In this document: positions 1 to 13,923 of the stretch, piece after piece
Position numbering within the stretch: the first letter of the stretch is position 1
Layout: each line of letters opens with the position of its first letter
From: Pecten maximus
Lineage: Eukaryota
Reading direction: 5' to 3'
DNA length: 64,000 nt
NCBI RefSeq assembly: GCF_902652985.1
Contig: NC_047023.1
Coordinates: forward strand, 40,238,001 to 40,302,000
The notes under the pieces: model-generated
What the model was told of the DNA's origin: nothing
What the model saw: only the letters and a program-made list of their open reading frames with translations
The model's database searches: none
Made by a program: the position numbers and the translations under genes

Positions 1-557
1 TATATAAAGGAATTGCGTACTAGGGCAATATTGGTACAAGTGATTGAATAATTATAATGAGAAATCACATATTCCCTCTCGAACGCCGGCCACGTATCCT
101 CAGGTGAAGATCAGTGGTGCTTGGTTCGACGCTCCCGAACCCGTGTTGATTTGTGTTTGTGTTGGAAGCTGAGAAACTCTGGATGACATGCGACAAGTCT
201 CACTATGTTGTTCAGTGAGGTAGTCACCAACTACTACAAGGATTTTTCGTCTCAAAATAGCACTGGCTGTTCCCGTAGCGATAAATCTAGCAAAACAAAA
301 CAAACACTCATTCTGGTATCTTTTGTTATTGATATGCTTTCTTCGCATAGTATTAGAAACAGAGTAAGCGAATTGGCCATTTATCTCGTAAGGCATACGC
401 GCTACCAAGCTAATTGGCACGCGTAACCTCTCCTATTCAAAAGGTCTACCTACAGTGTATATTGTTTATGATATCAATTAAGTTTTTGGGTTGTGTATGT
501 GAAAATTGATATTGTTTGATACTTTGTATTTGTTTTATGTATTCATTTTACTTTCAG

Positions 558-1120
558 GTATTTACTTGACCACGGTAATGGCGCTTACCTCGATGTCCGT
601 CATTCTAGCAGTTGTGACTTCAAATATCAACCAACGTGGATTCAAAGAGACCGATCTACCATCTTTCTTCAGGGGATTCGTCATATTTCTCAGCAAATCC
701 ATGTGCATGAAACTCGCGCATATTAATAATGACAATCTGGACGAAGTCAAATTAGAACAAATTCGAAACGGCATGCGGGATAATTATACACGACATATGA
801 AAACTACGTTTTCGAACGACTCAGGCTGTAATTTAATAGAATATGAGAATGGCGAGCCTCGGGCTTCAGGTAACGCAAATGCAAGAATAAATCAAGGAGA
901 TCGAAATTGGGAACTCCAGGAAATTCTTAATCGTCTTCAAATTCTTATTCAAAAGGAAGAAGAGAAGGAGAAATCAGACGCATTGGCAAAGCGTTGGATG
1001 GAAGCTTCGGAAGTCATAGACCGGTTTCTGTTTTGGGTGTTTGTTTTAGGAACTGTTATTTCTTCCGTATTTCTGCTGATGATATATCCAACTATCAAAA
1101 AAGTGTCATTAGATAGCTGA
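558..1120 (+). CDS. Terminal coding exon of a Cys-loop ligand-gated ion channel, nicotinic acetylcholine receptor-like subunit (M3, cytoplasmic loop, MA helix, M4). Upstream exons are not in the window.
   Basis: Acceptor ttttactttcag at 556-557 (phase 1). Then GIYLTTVMALTSMSVILAVVTSNI (M3), a loop, and KRWMEASEVIDRFLFWVFVLGTVISSVFLL (W..AA.VIDR + M4 pattern of nAChRs). Stop TGA at 1118-1120. Confidence 0.9.
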
Positions 1121-3479
1121 GACAAACCAATGATGTCACAGGGCAAAATCATACGTCTTCCTTGCGTTTGTTTTACGCGTGTTTGGATTATGTGACACGT
1201 GGGTGATTTCATATACGGATTACTCGTCAAATGTCTGTCGATTTTTCAGTGAAGATTTGCGCGACTCGTAAAGAGCCGACATTTTCGACGAGGACTCGTC
1301 ACAATTTGTCAATTTATGATGGGTATTTATTTGATTCGTTTTCGATTTTCGGTGTGCTTTTGCATAATGTAAGAAAACACATTTTGCAAGACGGATGAAT
1401 GTGACTTGTCAAAATACATCATCGGAATCCAACTAAGATTAATGTGAATCGTAAATAAATATCGGCAGTTTCTGAGGTGGATTTACCTACATTTTGTAAC
1501 ACCACACTGTAGCCATCATCCAACTTGACGGTCTTATTACATAATTTGAATATGATCGTACGGTAGACTTTATGTTGGTGGTGAAACATATTTATGCATA
1601 ATATGTATGTTTTTTTTCTAGATACGCACGAATGCACTATTACCAAAAACAAGCGTTGATAAAAACTTTACAGTCTCATATTCATTAGAATCCATATCGT
1701 TCCTTTTTATACAATTGCAGCAGTCCCATTTGTTTGTTTGTTTGCCAAAAGTGCAAAATGCCACTTCAATACAATTTTTAGAAATAAAGTATATTCTCGT
1801 TTTGTTTTGCAGTTTTCTAATAGTACATATATAATGAATGAACGATTCCTATTGAAGTGGAAGTATCTTTTATATATGATAGACAACGCTTGGTCATCAT
1901 TTCTTCGGCCTATTGCATCATTGTTTTGTCATGATCAAAAATCGCACTTATCAAGGACAAAATCACGCCGGCATTAACGGGATTTAATAGCCTATAAATA
2001 TTCGTTCTTCCGCTTCATAATATTCTTCCTTATCGCGAAATAATCGCAATGATGATTTCTTGGTTCTGTCGTTGACTTCAGCCATTTTGGTAAAACAACT
2101 ATCAACTAACAGATCAATCAGTAGTTGCTTGGTTTCACTTCCGCTGTTGACGTTGATGTAATTTCCGTTTTTGCTTATCTTGTATTCATTACATCGAATT
2201 TACATGGTAATGTAATCAAAGCCAGTACAGTTTGTGTCGATAATAATGTTAAAATGAGGAAATACGAAATGCTTAGAAATGATGCAAAACTTAACTAAAG
2301 ATTTCAGATTATACATTTGTCTTTTCTAGCTTTTTGCGCACCCCTTTTGTTGGTTATCATGACTTTGATAAATTGATTGTATTCAAGACAAAAATGAAAT
2401 GTGATTCGGTCGTTTGTTTTCTTCTGTATATTGCAATTTGCGATTTGGAAACAACAAGGTTTTATCTCAATAAGAACCGGAAATTATTTCAAGTGGAAAG
2501 TATTGTAAATCAAACAATACCCCATATATTTGAAAAAAGAACATTGCAATTACAGAATAGCGATTAGATTTGCGTCCCAGGTTTGGTTTCAATTTCCTGC
2601 ACTGGTGACGTTTTCCGGAAATCCGTCTTTGCTCTGTTTTTTATTATCCTCAGTTCGAACAGATCAATTAAAAGAATCTAAGTTTTGCATTGAATAATGA
2701 GAGTAGTACACTCTGGAGAAAACTACATGGTTAATCAATGGCCAAGTGTAATGCTTGATTAGGAGCTTGAGGGTAACAGATTACAACGCCGTGTGATGAT
2801 GATATCTCGACTTGTAACTTATGTTCTTGTATTTAATTGTAATATACAAACTAACAATTTATATATTCAATATATCATCTCCATTATTTATTTCAATCAC
2901 TGTCAATGATAATCAATATATCATTTCTCCATTGTTTATTTTAATTTCAGTTTATTCTATTGATATTCTAAGAACATTTCTTCATCACTATCTCAATGAC
3001 AATATTGTTTATATATCTATACATGTAGGTGTAGGGTTCATGTTATATAGACGTTTCTTTGTCAGTTAATAACAGAATGCGCCTGACGAAATATGACAAA
3101 GTGGACTTACTGCTTAAAATAATTAATTATACCATTCTACCATAAAGTAAAACGTTGTTTACGTACCAAAATAGATGATTAGCTATTATGAATTATTGTC
3201 AGGTTTTTATCACACTCAATCATGAAATAGGTAATTATCATCAACACAGCATCTATACGATTAAAGCAGGCGGTATTCTTTGAGAGTTGTTGATCAAATA
3301 ATAGGAAGTAACTCTGTTTAAGGGGCGTCTAAACAGCGAATCCAGCCAAAACAATGATATTTTACAAGCCTTTAAATTCCTACTATGGTGCAATTTAACA
3401 AAAGTAGCAGAATGAACTTCTAGTATGTATCATGGCAAACCGTGTGACTTGCTGTTGACATGTTATTTGTTAAGATGTT

Positions 3480-4200
3480 TGTAAATTTCAACAAAACATA
3501 CGAAAAATGCATGTTTCTGGGGGCATAATTAGCTCATTGGTATCGCATGTATTACACAAACTCGCCATATCATTTTGCTTACTATTGTCTAATGCGCAAA
3601 ATAGGAGCATTGGTGTGACCCGATTTGACTTTATTATATGTATCAATACTGTTGTTTTGACCTTGAAATTCAAATGGTGGTCGTGAATGATTTTACGCAA
3701 ATGTGGCATATAAGCAGGTATTTCAAACATCAAAAATGCTCGTATTAGACAATATAAAGAATTCTAGAAATTGCAAAAAGACTGCTTTTAGAAAAATATG
3801 TGCAACCGTTGAGTTTGGTGTAAAATATGCTTATTTCTGAAAAAGGCCACAAACTCACCAGATTAACAATTAGACTTTAAAAGGCCCTTCTTACTATGAT
3901 TAGATTCTTAAAAGTATGATATAGGAGCATTTTTATTGATTGAATAAATACATGTTTTACTCACAGTCACCATGTGCATTTCAAGGTCAAAACAAGATAA
4001 GCGTTTATACTTACATGAAGTAAACTCCGGTCAAACAAATGCTCCTATCGTGTGCTATAGACACTTGTGAGCATAACACCTTGGCTTTTTCAGGTTTGGT
4101 TATTTGCGTGACTTAGACTTATTCAATGCTACATCTCACCATAAAGTTACTCCATAGTAGAAACTGATAGCGTCTACCACAAATTATTGGTGATTGTAAA
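3480..4200. mobile_element. Degenerate fold-back/MITE-like DNA element with long imperfect inverted arms. A related fragment lies at ~34200-34480.
   Basis: ataggagcattggtgtgacccga (~3601) pairs with tccggtcaaacaaatgctcctat (~4026). ttttgaccttgaaattca (~3655) pairs with tgcatttcaaggtcaaaac (~3976). 34229-34280 is the reverse complement of ~3735-3785. Confidence 0.55.
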
Positions 4201-4346
4201 AAGCTAAATGTCCTAGCAAACATTTTGGTATACAACATGACTATTTTTGAGCAAATCTTTAGATATGTATTCGTGTTTGAAATTAAACATTGTTCTGCTA
4301 TATAGATGACCCTTAATGTGATTGTGAGAGAGGTTTACTACAGGAG

Positions 4347-4755
4347 CCCGAGCTACCTGGAAAGACGAGAGTTTATCTCACGATAACGTGATATTACTAA
4401 ATCAGCGACAACATAACATAAATGGGTTCATTTGTCTCGTGTCTATGTTTATTCTGTATAGTACATATATACTTCATTTCTAATCCCGGGTGTTTTAATC
4501 CGGAAAGAAATTGAATTGTATATTTATATTTTGTTTAGACACTGTTCTCTTTGACATAACCCGAGCTATCTGGGGAGACGGACGTTTGTCTCACAATAAC
4601 GTGAAATTTCTGACTAAATAGGCGACAAAATAATGTACAATGTATATTAGGTTCAGTAGTCTCGTTTCTATGTATATTTATGTCCAGTTCTGATACTGGA
4701 TGTTTTAATCTGGAAATAAATGAAATTGTTTATCAATATTTTGTTCAGCCACTGT
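4347..4755. repeat. Diverged ~213-bp tandem duplication (2 copies)
   Basis: cccgagctacctgg...gtttatctcacgataacgtg...tgttttaatccggaaa...gacactgtt recurs from 4560 as cccgagctatctgg...gtttgtctcacaataacgtg...tgttttaatctggaaa...gccactgtt. Confidence 0.75.
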
Positions 4756-5711
4756 TAATTACATTGCATTATTATTTCTCTTTGGCTTTTTTAGATTTAT
4801 TTTCACATGGATTTGAATTTGGGGAAGTGCCAATAGCGCATCTCCACGATAATTAGTACATTGTACGATAGATGTTCATTATCATTTCGATAATTAGTAC
4901 ATTGTCCGATAGATGTTCATTATTATTTCGATGTATTTTGCCTTCAAAATTTATCTTTGTTCTTCGTTCATCTGCATATTAAGTACAAAATAAGGCTAAA
5001 CCACATACTAATTAAATTGATTTTAAGGTAACAGTGCTGATACAATTCCGTGCTACAAGCAGGAATCATTGTCAGTTTACGACGTTGTTTTTAGCTGCAG
5101 GGTATTCATCACGTGTTGCCAAACCAGCAAACTGTGTCAATCAGTAAATACATTATGTAAAACTATTTCGTTGGTGTTTTCATTTAATTTTCTACTAATA
5201 TTGAACATGTAATCAAATTATGTACGCATATATAAACTTTGATTATGATTTCTTTGCGGTCGAACCTCAGTTATATCCAGTTTGAGAGGTTGGCATCCAG
5301 GGACGCCAGGAATAGCATGACCAGTTATGTTAAGGAAAAGCGAGTTAAATAAATATGCCCGCGTTATACAAACACGAAATTGCAATGTACTTTTCATTCA
5401 TTTCCTACAAAACTCATATAATGTCCATGTACTGGTATTTAAGAATACACGGGAAGATAGTTAACCGACGGTTACAGGCAGGAAACAAAATCGATTAGTG
5501 GAAGCACAGGCATCGGTGCCTGCTTAGCAATTATAGAATAAAATACAAGCCCCAAGGCATGTCAACATAGGTACACACTGGGACTTCATGGAGCGTTAGT
5601 ACAATTCAATATTTTCAACTCTCAGTATACACATCAAAACAGACATATATATACTGTGAATTCGCAATGCAAACACAAAAACGCATTCGGAACTCACAAA
5701 TTTATCAAAAG

Positions 5712-6458
5712 AAGTTTGTTTCCCGTGACTGTTGTACTGTTCATGAGAGCGAGGTTTGTTTCCGGTAACTGTTGTACTGTCTATGGGAGCGAGGTTTGTT
5801 TTCTGTGATTGTTGTACTGTCTATGGGAGCGAGGTTTGTTTTCTGTGACTGTTGTACTGTCTATGGGAGCGAGGTTTGTTTCCTGTGACTGTTGTACTGT
5901 CTATGGGAGCGAGGTTTGTTTCCTGTGACTGTTGTACTGTCTATGGGAGCGAGGTTTGTTTTCTGTCATTGGTGTACTGTTTATTGGAGCGATGTTTGTT
6001 TTCTGTTATAGTTGTACTGTCTATGGGAGCGAGGTTTGTTTTCTGTTATTGTTATACTGTTTATGGGAGCGAGGTTTGTTTCCTGTGACTGTTGTACTGT
6101 CTGTGGGAGCGAGGTTTGTTTCCTGTGACTGTTGTACTGTCTGTGGGAGCGGGGTTTGTTTCCTGTGACTGTTGTACTGTCTATGGGAGCGAGGTTTGTT
6201 TCCTGTGACTGTTGTACTGTCTATGGGAGCGAGGTTTGTTTCCTGTGACTGTTGTACTGTCTATAGGAGCGAGGTTTGTTTCCTGTGACTGTTGTACTGT
6301 CTATGGGAGCGATGTTTGTTTCCTGTCATTGGTGTACTGTTTATGGGAGCGAGGTTTGTTTCCTGTGACTGTTGTACTGTTTATGGGAGCGAGGTTTGTT
6401 TCCTGTGACTGTTGTACTGTCTATAGGAGCGAGGTTTGTTTCCTGTGACTGTTGTACA
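5712..6458. repeat. 40-bp minisatellite, ~18 copies
   Basis: Unit gtttgtttcctgtgactgttgtactgtctatgggagcgag. Confidence 0.97.
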
Positions 6459-6465
6459 CTTTATG

Positions 6466-6972
6466 GAAATATTTTCGTTGGTGTTTCATTTAGCATGTTT
6501 ATATATTGAACATGTAACAAATTATGTACGCCATATAAACTTTTGACTTATGATTCTATGCGGACGAACTTGTTTATCACTTTGATGGTTTGGCATCCAG
6601 GTGGTTCCGATAGCTGACCATTACTGTTAAGGAAAGCGAGTTTAATAAACTATGCCGTACGTTTATGCAACCGAAGTTGCATGTACTTTTCATTCATTTC
6701 TACAGAACCATTATGTTCGTTATATGTACTTTAGATACGGGAGGATGTTTACGTGACTGTTTGCGTCTTGGAACAATCGAGTTAGTGGCAGCACATGGAT
6801 CGGTCCTGGCTAGCAATTGTAATAATCATAGTCCCCAAGGCATGTCACATGGTACACTGGCTTATGGGAGCGTAGTAATTCATTTTACTCTCGTATTACT
6901 TCTAAAACAGGACAGTTGTTTCTGTGAATTACGTCAATGGCAACAATAACGTTCGGAACAAATTTATCAAAA
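6466..6972 (+). repeat. Indel-rich direct duplicate of ~5160-5711
   Basis: Colinear motifs in both copies: ttcgttggtgttt, attgaacatgtaa, ttggcatccag, gttaaggaaa, ccccaaggcatgtca, aaatttatcaaaagaag. Confidence 0.85.
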
Positions 6973-6974
6973 GA

Positions 6975-7592
6975 AGTTTGTTTCCCGTGACTGTTGTACT
7001 GTTCATGAGAGCGAGGTTTGTTTCCGGTAACTGTTGTACTGTCTATGGGAGCGAGGTTTGTTTTCTGTGATTGTTGTACTGTCTATGGGAGCGAGATTGT
7101 TTTCTGTGACTGTTGTACTGTCTATGGGAGCGAGGTTTGTTTTCTGTGATTATTGTACTGTCTATGGGAGCGAGGTTTGTTTTCTGTGATTGTTGTACTG
7201 TCTATGGGAGCGATGTTTGTTTTCTGTGACTGTTGTACTGTCTATGGGAGCGAGGTTTGTTTCCTGTGACTGTTGTACTGTATATGGGTGTGAGTTTTTT
7301 TTTCTGTGACTGTTGTACTGTCTATGGGAGCGAGGTTTGTTTCCTGTGGCTGTTGTACTGTCTATGGGAGCGATGTTTGTTTTCTGTGACTGTTGTACTG
7401 TCTATGGGAGCGAGGTTTGCTTCCTGTGGCTGTTGTACTGTCTATGGAAGCGAGGTTTGTTTTCTGTGACTGTTGTACTGTATATGGGTGTGAGTTTTTT
7501 TTCTGTGACTGTTGTACTGTTTATGAGAGCGATGCTTGTTTTCTGTCATTGGTGTACTGTTTATGGGAGCGAGGTTTGTTTTCTGTGACTGT
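6975..7592. repeat. Second block of the 40-bp minisatellite, ~15 copies
   Basis: Same unit as 5712-6458, with identical first two variant units. Confidence 0.97.
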
Positions 7593-7719
7593 TTTAAATG
7601 CTCTGGGGTTGTTTCCTCAGTTCATTTTGTGAAATTACGTCAGTTTGTACATGTTATAAAAGAGGATACTATTTCAAAGGTGCTTCTCGGCGGAGTTATT
7701 GTCTCTCGTTCACTTTTAT

Positions 7720-8420
7720 CAAAGGCGATCAAATTCTTATTTAAAAAGACTGAACATCATATCAAAGGCGAAAGAAATAAAAAACAAAACAATTAACATC
7801 CTATCAAATGCTTATTTTGATATATTTTGTTTAACGTCCTATCAACAGCCAGGGTCATTTTGTAGGGACGTACCTGGTTTTGGAGGTTGGAGAAAGCCGG
7901 AGAAGCCGCAGAAAAACAACCGACCTATGGTCAGCACCAGGCAACTGCGCCACATTGGTTTCGAACTCGCAACCCAGAAGTGGAGGGCTAGTGATAAAGT
8001 GTCGTGACACTATAACCACTTTCCACTAGTCCTTTTCTATCAGAGGCGATAAAAAAATCAAATAATATCAAAAAATATTGAACATCCTATCAAAGGCGGT
8101 AGAAATAATAAAAAAAAAAAACACTGAACATCCTATCAAAGGCAATAAAAATAATATTAAAAAAATTGAACAACTTATCAAAGGCGAAAGAAATAATATA
8201 AAAAAAAAAATTGAACATCCTATGAAAGGCGGTAGAAATAATATATAAAGACTGAACATCCTGTCAAAGGCGAAAGAAATATTATCAAAAAAGACTGAAC
8301 ATCCTATCAAATGCGGTAAAAATAATATAAAAAGACTGAACATCCTATTAAAGGCGATAGAAATAATATCGAAAACGACTGACCATCCTATTAAAGGCGA
8401 TAAAGATAATATTAAAAAGA
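7720..8420. repeat. ~40-bp A-rich minisatellite interrupted by a SINE
   Basis: Unit ~aaaaagactgaacatcctatcaaaggcgatagaaataatat on both sides of the SINE at 7826-8030. Confidence 0.85.
7826..8030 (-). mobile_element. tRNA-derived SINE
   Basis: Colinear with 50917-51117. B-box gttcgaaac on the minus strand, central ccggctttctccaacctccaaaacc domain, 3' taggacgttaaacaaaa tail. Confidence 0.85.
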
Positions 8421-9642
8421 CCTAAATATTATCGAGATCATGCCTTACATATAGTTTGTCGTCTATGATTTTGATTTACTTTGAGTGAGTTGGCTCTAAA
8501 TTCTGTATAACTGTGAATTATCTGATAAAAGACCGGGCAATAAAGGAGAAAATTTGAAGTGTGATTTACTTGTGCCTTCTTTTTTAAACACATTAAACTC
8601 TTATTCTATTTACTAAGATGCTAGACGTAATGGTATGGCTTTGTACAACTTCATTGTTTCTTCTCGCTTCAGACTGATGCCATCATGGAAAGACGGGGAA
8701 AAATAGCGTGTAGGATTCAACTAGTTGGTATTCATCATTTGGAATACCTGTTTCATTTTTATGATTCATTGTCAAAAACGCGCGACAAATTTGATACTGG
8801 TTGTCATTTAAAGGTATTCCATCGACAATGAATTGGTCTTTTTTTCAAATTTATTGCATTCTAATTTTCCCGATTATTGTTTGTATCATGAACGTTTATA
8901 GCTAAATTTAGGACGAAAACAGTTGGCATATATTGCTGATGACCGTTCAGAAAATTACAAAACAAAATTAAAGGCTTCGTAAATGTATTATCAAAAATCA
9001 TTATGGAGTAAGAATGATGTTTTTTGGGGTTTGGTATATGTAGCCTTAGATTTCATATCCAGAGAAGCGACTACCCAAGCTAACAATACCTGTACAGCTG
9101 AATTATAGGTCTACTTTATTGCAGACTGTCCAGTTCTGACGTGAAAAATACAAAACGCATTTACTCTCCGTGTATTTAGCAAACGGCGAGGACATACCTC
9201 TAATAGAGAGTCTATTAAACAGGAAAGAAATAAAGCAAGTCTGTAGAAGTCAAACATTAACCATCCGGGTAATAAGATTTCGAGGAAATCCACGGCCGTC
9301 GCCCAGACAGGGCATCGGCCTACAGGTCGCGCTTATTTAATAATGGGAGGACGTAGCAAATGGCTGATAGATTTCCATGAATCCCCCCGGAGAGGGAGAT
9401 AAACTCCGGAAAATCCAACGGGGAGTGAGGAAGACCAGCCATATGTACTCTTTAGCTACATCACACAGTATTTCAGTAGTTAAATGTACTTTCTGAGGAG
9501 CAAGGGCAAGTGAATCACAACATTACCGGTATAACAAAGTAAAGGTCTCTGCAAAGTGGTCCAATGTCATACAGTTCTTATCATACAATATACGACTTTA
9601 CCATGACACTGATCCATCTAGACGGTTATCGTGTAATGTTAC

Positions 9643-10950
9643 AAATCGGTACTTGTCATGTGACTTTAAATATCGGTACTTGTCATGTGACTGTTACACA
9701 TCGTTACTTGTCATGTGACTTACAAATCGGTACTTGTCATGTGACTTTAAATATCGGTACTTGTCATGTGAATGCTACATATCGGTACATGTCATGTGAC
9801 ATACATATCGGTATGTGTCATGTGACTGTTACACATCGTAACTTGTCATGTGACTTACATATCGGTACTTGCCATGTGACCTACATATCGGTACCTGTAA
9901 TGTGACTGTTACAAATAGGTACTTGTCATGTGACTTACATATCGGTACTTGTCAAGTGACTGTTACATATCGGTACTTGTCATGTGACTTACATATCGGT
10001 ACTTGTCATGTGACTGTTACATATCGGTACTTGTCATGTGAATGTTACATATCGGTACTTGTCATGTGACTGTTACACATCGTAACTTGTCATGTGACTG
10101 TTACGTTGCGGTACTTGTCATGTGACTTACATATCGGTACTTGTCATGTGACTTACATATCGGTAACTGTCATGTGACTGTTACAAATAGGTACTTTTCA
10201 TGTGACTTCTATAAATCGATACTTGTCATGTGACTGTTACATATCGGTACCTGTCATGTGACTGTTACGTTTCGGTACTTGTCATGTGACTTACATATCG
10301 GTACTTGTCATGTGACTTACATATCGGTAACTGTCATGTGACTGTTACATATCGCTACTTGTCATGTGACTGTTACATATCGGTGCTTGTCATGTGACTG
10401 TTACAAATAGGTACTCGTCATGTGACTGTTACATATCGGTACTTGTCATGTGACTGTTACATATCGGTACTTGTCATGTGACTTACATATCGGTACTTGT
10501 CATGTGACTTACATATCGGTACTTGTCATGTGACTGTTACATATCGGTACTTGTCATGTGACTTACATATCGGTACTTGTCATGTGACTGTTACATATCG
10601 GTACTTGTCATGTGACTTACATATCGGTACTTGTCATGTGACTGTTACATATCGGTACTTGTCATGTGACTTACATATCGGTATGTGTCATGTGACTGTT
10701 ACACATCGTAACTTGTCATGTGACTGTTACATATCGGTACTTGTCATGTGACTGTTACAAATAGGTACTTGTCATGTGACTTACATATCGGTACGTGTCA
10801 TGTGACTTACATATCGGTACTTGTCATGTGACTGTTACACATCGTTACTTGTCATGTGACTGTTATAAATCGGTACTTGTCATGTGACTGTTACATATCA
10901 GTATTGGTCATTTGACTGTTACATGCCAGTACTTCTCACGTGACTGTTCG
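9643..10950. repeat. 26/28-bp minisatellite with two length variants
   Basis: Units tgtcatgtgacttacatatcggtact and tgtcatgtgactgttacatatcggtact. Confidence 0.97.
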
Positions 10951-11789
10951 ATACCAGTAAATGGCTTTCATGCAAACCTGGCCAGAAGTCAAATGAAAAA
11001 TATATGCACCTCAAGGTTGCTCTCTTTCTCTCTATGACAAAGAAGACGGCAATTCGATGCTGAGTGTGAAAGATATAAACTTTTTTTTCGGCATAGGCGT
11101 ATAATATTCTTTTGGCCCCGGATATGACGCGATAGGTGGCGTTACTGGTCAAGATGAAGTATGTGATTGGTCAATGTAGCGGTAAATGCAAAAGGCAGAT
11201 ATGGAGTTAAAAACAAAACAAAGTTAAAATTGAATGCAAGCTGAATAAGTGGGTGTATCTTTTCAAATGACACACTGATAAAATTATATTCCTGATTCAT
11301 TTGCAGTCTTATTATCACCAAAAATGATTCAAACTGATATAATTTTGTTATCCGTGCTGAAACGCATTAGTTCGTTAATTTATTTCACCAGCAGTTTTAC
11401 ATTTTAACCATCGGCATTAAACTATGCCGTTTATCTTTTTAAAAATATATTTCGTGTGACCTTTGTTTAAGATATATACACTTCTGAAATTATATGATTT
11501 ACGAGCGCCTCGTATTTCGATTCACATATTTATAGTAATTTCAATCATTAGCAAACTTGTGTTGAAATTCAATTATACTAAAATGAATATATATATTGAT
11601 ATTTTTTGTTAATTGTTTTGCCAAAACGCAGATCCCTAGAACTTCTAAGAAACTATATTAGAAATCCATCAAATGAAACTTAAATAAGTATGCATGCGTG
11701 TGTATGTTTATCCGAAAACAAATTCTGCTATTGAAGTGAGGAGGTCGAGAACTTGATGAGACAATGAACACCAAGAGACGTTCAATGTG

Positions 11790-12800
11790 TGTACACACTA
11801 TAGGGTAGGTCCAAACAAACCTAATCAAGTTATCAGTCCCTGTGTACATTGTTGTAATACACACTGTATTCTGAATATACCTATACTGTAACAAGTGTCC
11901 AGGTCCCTGTGATGTTTTTCTCCGGGTACTCCGGCTTTCCTCCACCTCCAAAACCAGGCAGGCCTTTAAATAAACCCGCCTGTCAATAGGACATTAAACA
12001 AAATAAACAAAACGAAAACAATGTGTTATACACACTGTAATGTATATCCTAATATACCTAAACTGGTACAAGTTGCCAGGCCCCTGTGTTATACACACAA
12101 GGATGGGTCCCAATATATATAAACTGTAACAAATTGTTTGGTCACTGTGGAATACACTCTAGGATGGGCAAAAATATACCTAAACTGTAACAAGTTGTCA
12201 CATCCCTGTGCTATGCACACTACATTGTATGTCCTAATACACATTAACTGTAAATTGATGTCAGGTCCCTGTGTTATACACACTATAGAGTGAAGTCAAA
12301 ATATACCTAAACTGGTACGAGTTGTCAGGTCCCTGTGTTATACACACTATAGAGTGAAGTCAAAATATACCTAAACTGGTACGAGTTGTCAGGTCCCTGT
12401 GTTATACACACTATAGAGTGAAGTCAAAATAAACCTAAACTGGTACGAGTTGTCAGGTCCCTGTGTTATACACACTATAGAGTGAAGTCAAAATATACCT
12501 AAACTGGTACGAGTTGTCAGGTCCCTGTGTTATACACACTATAGAGTGAAGTCAAAATATACCTAAACTGGTACGAGTTGTCAGGTCCCTGTGCTATACA
12601 CACTATAGAGTGAAGTCAAAATATACCTAAACTGGTACGAGTTGTCAGGTCCCTGTGTTATACACACTATAGAGTGAAGTCAAAATATACCTAAACTGGT
12701 ACGAGTTGTCAGGTCCCTGTGTTATACACACTATAGAGTGAAGTCAAAATATGTACCTAAACTGGTATGAGTTCTCAGGTCCCTGTGCTATACTCACTAG
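11790..12800. repeat. 64-bp minisatellite: ~8 homogeneous copies at 12265-12800, diverged copies upstream
   Basis: Unit atatacctaaactggtacgagttgtcaggtccctgtgttatacacactatagagtgaagtcaaa. Confidence 0.95.
11913..12020 (+). mobile_element. 5'-truncated SINE inside the 64-bp satellite
   Basis: gtttttctccgggtactccggctttcctccacctccaaaacc...aataggacattaaacaaaataaac matches the 3' half of the SINE at 50917-51117. Confidence 0.8.
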
Positions 12801-13923
12801 GTCCCCGAGAAGATCAGACACACAATATATACCCTACAAGGATTTGAGAAGCCAACAATTCACACGGGAGTTTTTCCATTGAAAGCAAATGTGCAACTTG
12901 AAAAGAAAAACGAAGAGTCATTCATATAGACTAAGTCATTTATTAACATGGTAACAACATTTAACTATAAATCAATACTGTTCATGAGAATTTTTTGTAC
13001 ATTATCATTTGTAGGGGTATACAATATCCTTGATATGATAAGTTGAAAAACATCGAAAAAGTAGTTATGTTTTTATAAAAAGAAAAGTTATCTTTCCTGA
13101 ACGAAAATAGTCATATCGTAGTGGAATGCATGTTTGAATAACAAATACAATTCTGTGTTATGAAGAAAAGGGAATGGAGACTATATTGGAATCAATTAAA
13201 GACAAAAGAAAGATTAATAGTAATAAAAAAAACATTAACTTTAAAACTAATGTACCAATATTATAAATGACTAGTATTGCATATATGGAGATGTCGTAAT
13301 CAGTAAAATAATGATAATCATGCATGACCATGATATTACGGCTAAAAAAATACAAAATAACATGTGAAGTAATAAACGTGAAAATAAAATGCTTTGAAAA
13401 CAAATATACCAATATTACAAATGACTAGTATTGGATATAATGGAGATATCGTGATCAGAAATGTAATATAATGACAATCTTGATGAAAAAGATAAGGCAA
13501 AAATACTCGATAAGAACTTTAATTGCAAACATGTTTTACTGGAAACACCTCGTTAAAAAGAAGGAATGTAATGTTTCTAGTACAGTGTATTTGTTATCGG
13601 TTAGTTTAGACTAAAGGGACAGAACGTTATCCATTAATTAAAAACAAATTATTATCTCGCCAAGACTATCAAATTCACGATGTTACCTCAGATACACAAC
13701 TGGTTTTTGTTTTTATAAAAACACCAGTAAGAATATAAATGGTTAAATGTATATATCAACATACATAACAAACCGTTCACTTTCCCCATGTGTAAACTTT
13801 TCTGCCGGCCGATAATATCCGTACGAAGAACGACAACTCGTGTTAAAATAATTAAGTCTAAAGTTCTTAAATAGTCTGTGTGATTTTGAATGTCGAATCT
13901 TGAGCACTTTGAATGAAATCAAA

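Noticed and set aside
506-557. N-terminal part of the 204-aa ORF
   Set aside because: TTG start within a pyrimidine-rich intron end. The exon begins after the AG at 556-557.
5852-10751. Cys-rich ORFs in the 40-bp and 26/28-bp arrays
   Set aside because: Translations of satellites whose unit length is not a multiple of three. They cycle through frames and have no splice or start support.
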